From: Promethearchaeota archaeon
GTDB taxonomy: Archaea > Asgardarchaeota > Lokiarchaeia > Sigyniarchaeales > SOKP01
Length of the DNA stretch: 36,732 nt
Assembly: GCA_004524535.1 (NCBI GenBank)
Contig: SDNY01000028.1
Coordinates: 1 to 36,732, forward strand
Reading direction: 5' to 3'
The notes below the pieces were generated by a model, which was not told where the DNA came from, ran no database searches, and saw nothing but the letters and a program-made list of their open reading frames with translations. The position numbers were made by a program, and so were the translations under genes. Below are positions 31,754 through 36,732 of the stretch, piece after piece (positions within the stretch are counted from its first letter, which is position 1; each line of letters begins with the position of its first letter).

Positions 31754-32274
31754 TGAAAATTTTAATTGATACTTCCTATTTTTTACCGCTTATTAAAATA
31801 GGTATCGAAAATATTCCCCAAACTTTATTAGCTAATCTATTATCTAAAAACACTCACCAATATTTTTATTCGAATCTCACACTTTTTGAACTTACAGCGA
31901 AGGGATTAAAAATTTCAAGCAAAAAAAAAAAAAAAATAACGCCACAGGACATAAGAATTGGAATTGATGCAATTCAAAATGATCCACGCCTCAGATTGAT
32001 AAATTTTACTGATAATCCAATAATTATCGAATTAGCATCCCAATTAAGGGGTTTTCATAACGACGCAATTGATTGTTTGATTTTTGCAACTGCTATTTGT
32101 ATATGTGATTGTATCATTACGATGGATGTTTCATTTTACGAACAAATCAATAATAATCCCCCTTTAATTAAAGAGTTCCTAAAAATCAATGAAGGTTTTC
32201 AATTTTGGTTTAACGATCTCTCAGGAGATTTGAAATCATTAAAATCTGTAGATCGTATAAATAAAACCGCTTAG
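31753..32274 (+). CDS. vapC: VapC/PIN-domain toxin
   Basis: ILIDTSY, LFEL, HNDAIDCLIFATA, ITMD. Confidence 0.8.
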   Translation: MKILIDTSYFLPLIKIGIENIPQTLLANLLSKNTHQYFYSNLTLFELTAKGLKISSKKKKKITPQDIRIGIDAIQNDPRLRLINFTDNPIIIELASQLRGFHNDAIDCLIFATAICICDCIITMDVSFYEQINNNPPLIKEFLKINEGFQFWFNDLSGDLKSLKSVDRINKTA

Positions 32275-32528
32275 AAATCTCGATCCTCAAGATTGGATAA
32301 AAATATATATGTATAATAATTTAGAAAGAAAAAGTTTTGTTTCTGTAAGCGATATAATAGAACAATTGAAAATCGATGTTAAAATTATAATAAAGGGTTA
32401 GCAAAGTCTAAATATTATCTTAATTTTATAATGTTTCTTTTTTTTCCATGATAATCTTATACTAATTCTACTAGACTTATAATAATTTTAACTGAATTCT
32501 TTAATAGTTTAATGATGTAATTATAATT

Positions 32529-33734
32529 ATGAAATTAGGAAAATCGAGTTTGAATGACATTGCTAAAATTAGACCAGATTCCGTAAAAAGAAAAAGATTT
32601 TCAAGCCACGACAAGGAAGGGGGCAATAAAGATTGGATTATAATTAAATCGGGTGAAAATGCTGTATTAGGAAAAATAGAGGGAGCTGGCTGTATAAAAC
32701 ATATTTGGTGCACATATGCTTGTTTATCAAGGCATTCTCTACGTAATGCGATTCTAAGAATATATTGGGATGGAGAATCTGAAGGGAACCCAAGCGTAGA
32801 AGTTCCAATTGGTGACTTTTTTGGTTTGGGGCACGCAAAACATAAAAATTTTGTTTCATTGCCACTTCAAATGAGCCCAAATAGAGGGAAAAGCTTTAAT
32901 TGTTGGTGGCCAATGCCGTTTTCATCAGGATTCAAAATCACCCTTGAAAATGATAATCCTATAAAGTTTAAGCTTTATTACTACATTGATTACGATTTAT
33001 ACGAAAATGGTTTTGAAAATGAAAAAGATTATGGCAGATTTCACGCACAGTGGCGTCGAGAAAATCCACCCCGAGTTAAAAAGCGAGATAGTGAGACAGG
33101 GAAAAGATTTACTACTTTAAGACCAATTAAATTTATGGCTTCTGGAAAGAATACAGAACCATTGAAGTACAACTATAAAATTCTCGAAGCAAAAGGCAAG
33201 GGACATTATGTGGGGTGCCATTTAGATATTGATAATAAAACCTTTATGCCATGGTTTGTAAACTGGCCAGGCGAGGGGGATGATATGATATTCATTGACG
33301 AAGATATTGACAAGGGAGTACCAACGCTTCATGGAACTGGGACGGAAGATTACGTCAATCAAGCATGGTCTCAGAAAAAGAGATATTCTGCCCCTTATCA
33401 TGGCACAATTAAACCCGGCGGGATCAATTGGTGGGGAAAAATATCTTATTATAGATACCATATTGAAGATCCAGTATATTTTAACAAGCAAATCATAGTA
33501 ACTATTGAACATGGGCATGATAATCATCGAAAAGATGATTGGTCATCAACAGCTTACTGGTACCAAAAAGAACCTCACGATCACGATCTATTTCCTAAAT
33601 TATTACCCCGAAAAGGGAGAAAACCTAAAACTTTTCACTTGGCACATATGATAAGAAAAACGCTGATTATATTGGTAATTGGATTTTTGATTTACTGGTA
33701 TCTCTTGAAAGATCTTTTTAGCCCTTTTTTTTAA
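32529..33734 (+). CDS. DUF2961 / glycoside hydrolase family 172 protein with C-terminal TM helix
   Basis: GAGCIKHIW, PSVEVPIGDFFG, FNCWWPMPF, GEGDD, GTGTEDY, YRYHIEDPV, SSTAYWYQ. Confidence 0.85.
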   Translation: MKLGKSSLNDIAKIRPDSVKRKRFSSHDKEGGNKDWIIIKSGENAVLGKIEGAGCIKHIWCTYACLSRHSLRNAILRIYWDGESEGNPSVEVPIGDFFGLGHAKHKNFVSLPLQMSPNRGKSFNCWWPMPFSSGFKITLENDNPIKFKLYYYIDYDLYENGFENEKDYGRFHAQWRRENPPRVKKRDSETGKRFTTLRPIKFMASGKNTEPLKYNYKILEAKGKGHYVGCHLDIDNKTFMPWFVNWPGEGDDMIFIDEDIDKGVPTLHGTGTEDYVNQAWSQKKRYSAPYHGTIKPGGINWWGKISYYRYHIEDPVYFNKQIIVTIEHGHDNHRKDDWSSTAYWYQKEPHDHDLFPKLLPRKGRKPKTFHLAHMIRKTLIILVIGFLIYWYLLKDLFSPFF

Positions 33735-33738
33735 AAAT

Positions 33739-34125
33739 TTACCTTGCCAATTTATCTTGTACATATTTTAGTAGTTCTTTTCCAGAAAAGGGTTTAGTTA
33801 AATAACCATCTGCTCCCAATTTTTTTCCTTTTTGAATATCTTCATTAAAGCTCTTAACGGTAAACAGTATAACTAAAATATGTTTATATTTCTCATTTTC
33901 CTTAATCTTCTGAAGGACAGAGTATCCTGAGGTCCCAGGCATCATTATGTCTAATAAAACCAGGGCAATTTCATTATGTTTTTCTTCAATTATTTCCAAA
34001 GCATCGCGTCCATTGGCACATGTAAGTGTTTCAAAATCCCCCAATTTAAGAAACTTTTCTGTTAAGTTTACAATGTCTGGCTCATCGTCTACGATCAAGA
34101 TTGAACGACGCTCTTTAGAGGACAT
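33739..34125 (-). CDS. Single-domain response regulator (receiver)
   Basis: ILIVDDE, LLDIMMP (phospho-Asp), FT, YLTKPF. Confidence 0.93.
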   Translation of the reverse strand: MSSKERRSILIVDDEPDIVNLTEKFLKLGDFETLTCANGRDALEIIEEKHNEIALVLLDIMMPGTSGYSVLQKIKENEKYKHILVILFTVKSFNEDIQKGKKLGADGYLTKPFSGKELLKYVQDKLAR

Positions 34126-34313
34126 ATTTATTTCTAGCTTAATACTTTTAATGATTTTGTAATTAATTTTTGTGTTATACTAAAATTTTTATCATTTTTA
34201 TAATAGTAAAACTTACTTTTAAATAGTGAGTTTTTCTATTTTAATAATTCTCTTGTTTATAAATGAGAGTGATCATATAACAAACTAAAATATTTCTACT
34301 CAATCTAATAGTC

Positions 34314-34952
34314 ATGAAAATTCCACAATTTCCATATGATTATATTGGTTCGAAAGCTGAAGAATATGATAATCAAAAATGGATGGAACGAAATCAAAAA
34401 AGGACCACATTGAAATGCATTCAATATCTTTTCGATAAGGAATTAGGAAAAGATAATAATAATATTCTTAAAAATTTTCCATATTTAATTTTAGACTTAG
34501 GGTGTGGAACCGGATTTTCATCGGAGATGATAATTTCAAGTGGTTTTAGAGTAGTAGGAGTGGATATATTGAGCGATATGCTTATGAAAGCAAATGTAAA
34601 GAGAAAGAACCTCAAGATTAATAATTTGGATTTAATTCTCGCAGATATTAATCATTTACCTATAAAATCCAATTCAATTGATCATATCCTTTCAATATCC
34701 TCTTATAACTTTATCACCTATGAGAAATATGGCAAGGAAAAAAAGAAAGATGTTAACAACACAGCAAAATATTTGAATAAAATTTTGAAAAAAAATGGCC
34801 GAGTAATAATAGAATTTTATCCTGAAAATGATGAAGAGTTGGAACTGTTCACTGATTCGTTTAAACATAACGGTTTTGATGGTTATATGACAAAAAATAA
34901 TCCCAAACAAAAATCAGGTCAAACTTATTTACTTCTAAAGAAAAAAATTTAA
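34314..34952 (+). CDS. Class I SAM-dependent methyltransferase, Bud23/WBSCR22-like
   Basis: ILDLGCGTG, VGVDI, ILSISS, FYPENDEEL, GFDG, YLLL. Confidence 0.8.
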   Translation: MKIPQFPYDYIGSKAEEYDNQKWMERNQKRTTLKCIQYLFDKELGKDNNNILKNFPYLILDLGCGTGFSSEMIISSGFRVVGVDILSDMLMKANVKRKNLKINNLDLILADINHLPIKSNSIDHILSISSYNFITYEKYGKEKKKDVNNTAKYLNKILKKNGRVIIEFYPENDEELELFTDSFKHNGFDGYMTKNNPKQKSGQTYLLLKKKI

Positions 34953-34994
34953 TAAAAATAGGAATTAGAAAAGGTTTTAAATGATACTAAAAAG

Positions 34995-35300
34995 TTAAAA
35001 TCTTAATTGTCGTCGAGAATGGAAGATTGTTAAGATTCGAATGATATGATCCTTTTCAAGTAATTCATAAATAATACGATAATTATTGTATATAAAATGG
35101 CGGATATTTGGATCTTCCAAATCAGGTAATTTAGCATACATTCTTGGAAAATCTTTTAAATCTTCTAAGATATCATAAAATCCTCTTAGAAAAGATTGTG
35201 CTTGTTGTCAAGAAATAGTTTGAGAAATATATAGTAGAATTTGATCAATGTTGTCTTCTGCTCTTTTTGACAATTCTAGAGTCCATTCTATTTTAACCAT
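34995..35300 (-). pseudogene. RelE/ParE family toxin with in-frame TGA at codon 31 (missed by the ORF track)
   Basis: MVKIEWTLELSKRAEDNIDQILLYISQTIS*QQAQSFL...LKDFPRM...NYRIIYE...IRILTIFHSRRQ; overlaps the antitoxin end by 13 nt. Confidence 0.8.
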
Positions 35301-35488
35301 TTTTCATCCATTTTCTTCTTGAAATCATCGAAGCTAATAATATTACCTTTTCTACTGTCTTCCAATCCTTTAAGTATTTCTTTTTTTGTGTAAAGACGAT
35401 ACATTACTTCTTCCATATCGTCTGCATTGGTAGTTTCGGGGAGTTTTTTTATCAGAGTTAATATTTTTTCGATCATAGCTCTACTCAT
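35288..35488 (-). CDS. Putative antitoxin of the RelE/ParE module
   Basis: IKKLPE...EEVMYRLY..KEILKGLEDSRKGNIISFDDFKK; GGTGA SD; upstream of the toxin. Confidence 0.75.
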   Translation of the reverse strand: MSRAMIEKILTLIKKLPETTNADDMEEVMYRLYTKKEILKGLEDSRKGNIISFDDFKKKMDEKWLK

Positions 35489-35650
35489 AATTCACCACTA
35501 TTATACTATTTATTACTAATAATATAAACTCTAATCATTCTCTTAAATTTTTTCATTGGTTCTCATTTTCATTCAAATATGAAATTAAAATTGTTTGTTC
35601 TGGCAAAATTCCTTTATTAAATTAATTATTCTATATTATTACGATAAGAA

Positions 35651-36732
35651 ATGGGAACATGCAAATTTTGTGGAAAGAAAAATAAACAAATATCTCAAGT
35701 GCTCCGAGTTTGTAGAGATTGTATTATTAATGGAGATTGGGATTTAATTAAACCTCACTTACACTCAGTTCATAGCGAAGTTCGAAAACTTGTGAATCTA
35801 CCGTCAGATCCTCCAAAAGCAGAAAGAAATGTCAAGCTAAAGTGTAACTTTTGTATTAATGAATGTCGTCTTTCTTCGGATGATGTAAGTTATTGTGGTC
35901 TTAGAAATATCCAAAAAAAACAGACAGGAGAATTACCTTACCCCTCTAAGTCAAAAGGCTATATTCACGGATATATAGATGCAAATCCAACAAACTGCTG
36001 TAATTCATGGTTTTGTCCTGCGGGGACTTCAAGCGTCTATCCTGAATATTCAAATTATAAAGATCCTGAATATGGAACATACAGCTATGCTGCTTTTTTG
36101 TACGGCTGCACTTTTGACTGTTTGTTCTGTCAAAACTCATCCCATAAAAATTTTACAAAAAAGCACTTATTTGAAGCCGAGTTTTTAGCAAATCAAATTA
36201 TAAAAAACGATAAAATTACTTGTTTATGCTATTTTGGTGGCACCCCCGAGTCGCAGTTGCCTTTTTCAATAAATTTAGCAGAATTAATACTAGAAAAAAT
36301 AGAAAAAGATAGAATTATGCGTATATGTTGGGAATGGAATGGAAGCGGAAGAAGGGATTTAATTAAGAAATGTATGGAAATTGCTATAAAAACTGGTGGA
36401 AACATCAAATTTGACTTAAAGAGTTTTAACGAAAAATTAAACCTAGCTTTATGCGGAGTGAGCAATAAAAGAACTTTAAATAATTTTAAGTATTTGGCAG
36501 AGAATTATTTTGGCACAAGAAAGGATGATATGCCGGAGATGAGCGGTTGTACTTTATTGGTACCAGGTTACACTAATCACGAAGAAGTAGAGCACATAGC
36601 AAAATTTATTAGTGAAATTAATCCTAAAATTCCCTACAGTCTATTGATATTTCATGGGGATTATCAAATGAGAGATTTACCGGTCACTCCAAGAAAACAA
36701 GCGATGAAATGTTTAGAGGTTGCTCAGAAATA
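35651..36732 (+). CDS. Radical SAM protein, PflA/AmmeMemoRadiSam-like, runs off the window end
   Basis: Open frame from ATG 35651 with CKFC..CRDC, CNFCINEC..YCG, the radical SAM motif CTFDCLFCQN (from 36107), FGGTPE, KFDLK and TLLVPGY. Absent from the track because there is no stop in the window. Confidence 0.88.
   Translation, partial: MGTCKFCGKKNKQISQVLRVCRDCIINGDWDLIKPHLHSVHSEVRKLVNLPSDPPKAERNVKLKCNFCINECRLSSDDVSYCGLRNIQKKQTGELPYPSKSKGYIHGYIDANPTNCCNSWFCPAGTSSVYPEYSNYKDPEYGTYSYAAFLYGCTFDCLFCQNSSHKNFTKKHLFEAEFLANQIIKNDKITCLCYFGGTPESQLPFSINLAELILEKIEKDRIMRICWEWNGSGRRDLIKKCMEIAIKTGGNIKFDLKSFNEKLNLALCGVSNKRTLNNFKYLAENYFGTRKDDMPEMSGCTLLVPGYTNHEEVEHIAKFISEINPKIPYSLLIFHGDYQMRDLPVTPRKQAMKCLEVAQK

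Overview
AT-rich window that looks archaeal. GGTGA/GGAGG Shine-Dalgarno motifs, frequent TTG/CTG starts, a longin-like protein, C4C4 RING fingers and a Bud23-like methyltransferase together suggest an Asgard archaeon (Lokiarchaeia-like); this is an inference. The window contains nfnAB followed by two different glutamate dehydrogenases, a UDP-glucose dehydrogenase, a DUF47/PiT phosphate transport pair, a heterodimeric ABC exporter, three toxin-antitoxin modules (one toxin has an internal TGA), argF, GH38 and DUF2961/GH172 glycosidases, a rhomboid protease, a PIG-L deacetylase, a receiver protein and a 3'-truncated radical SAM gene. The most striking observation is a 29-nt insertion (29123-29151, minus strand) that splits the Rossmann motif GMGY|VG of a WecC-type nucleotide-sugar dehydrogenase. 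By hand it folds into a canonical bulge-helix-bulge (BHB) motif whose predicted cut sites restore the frame exactly, so it is a candidate tRNA-splicing-endonuclease-type intron in a protein-coding mRNA. All calls come from reading the sequence; no searches or folding programs were run.
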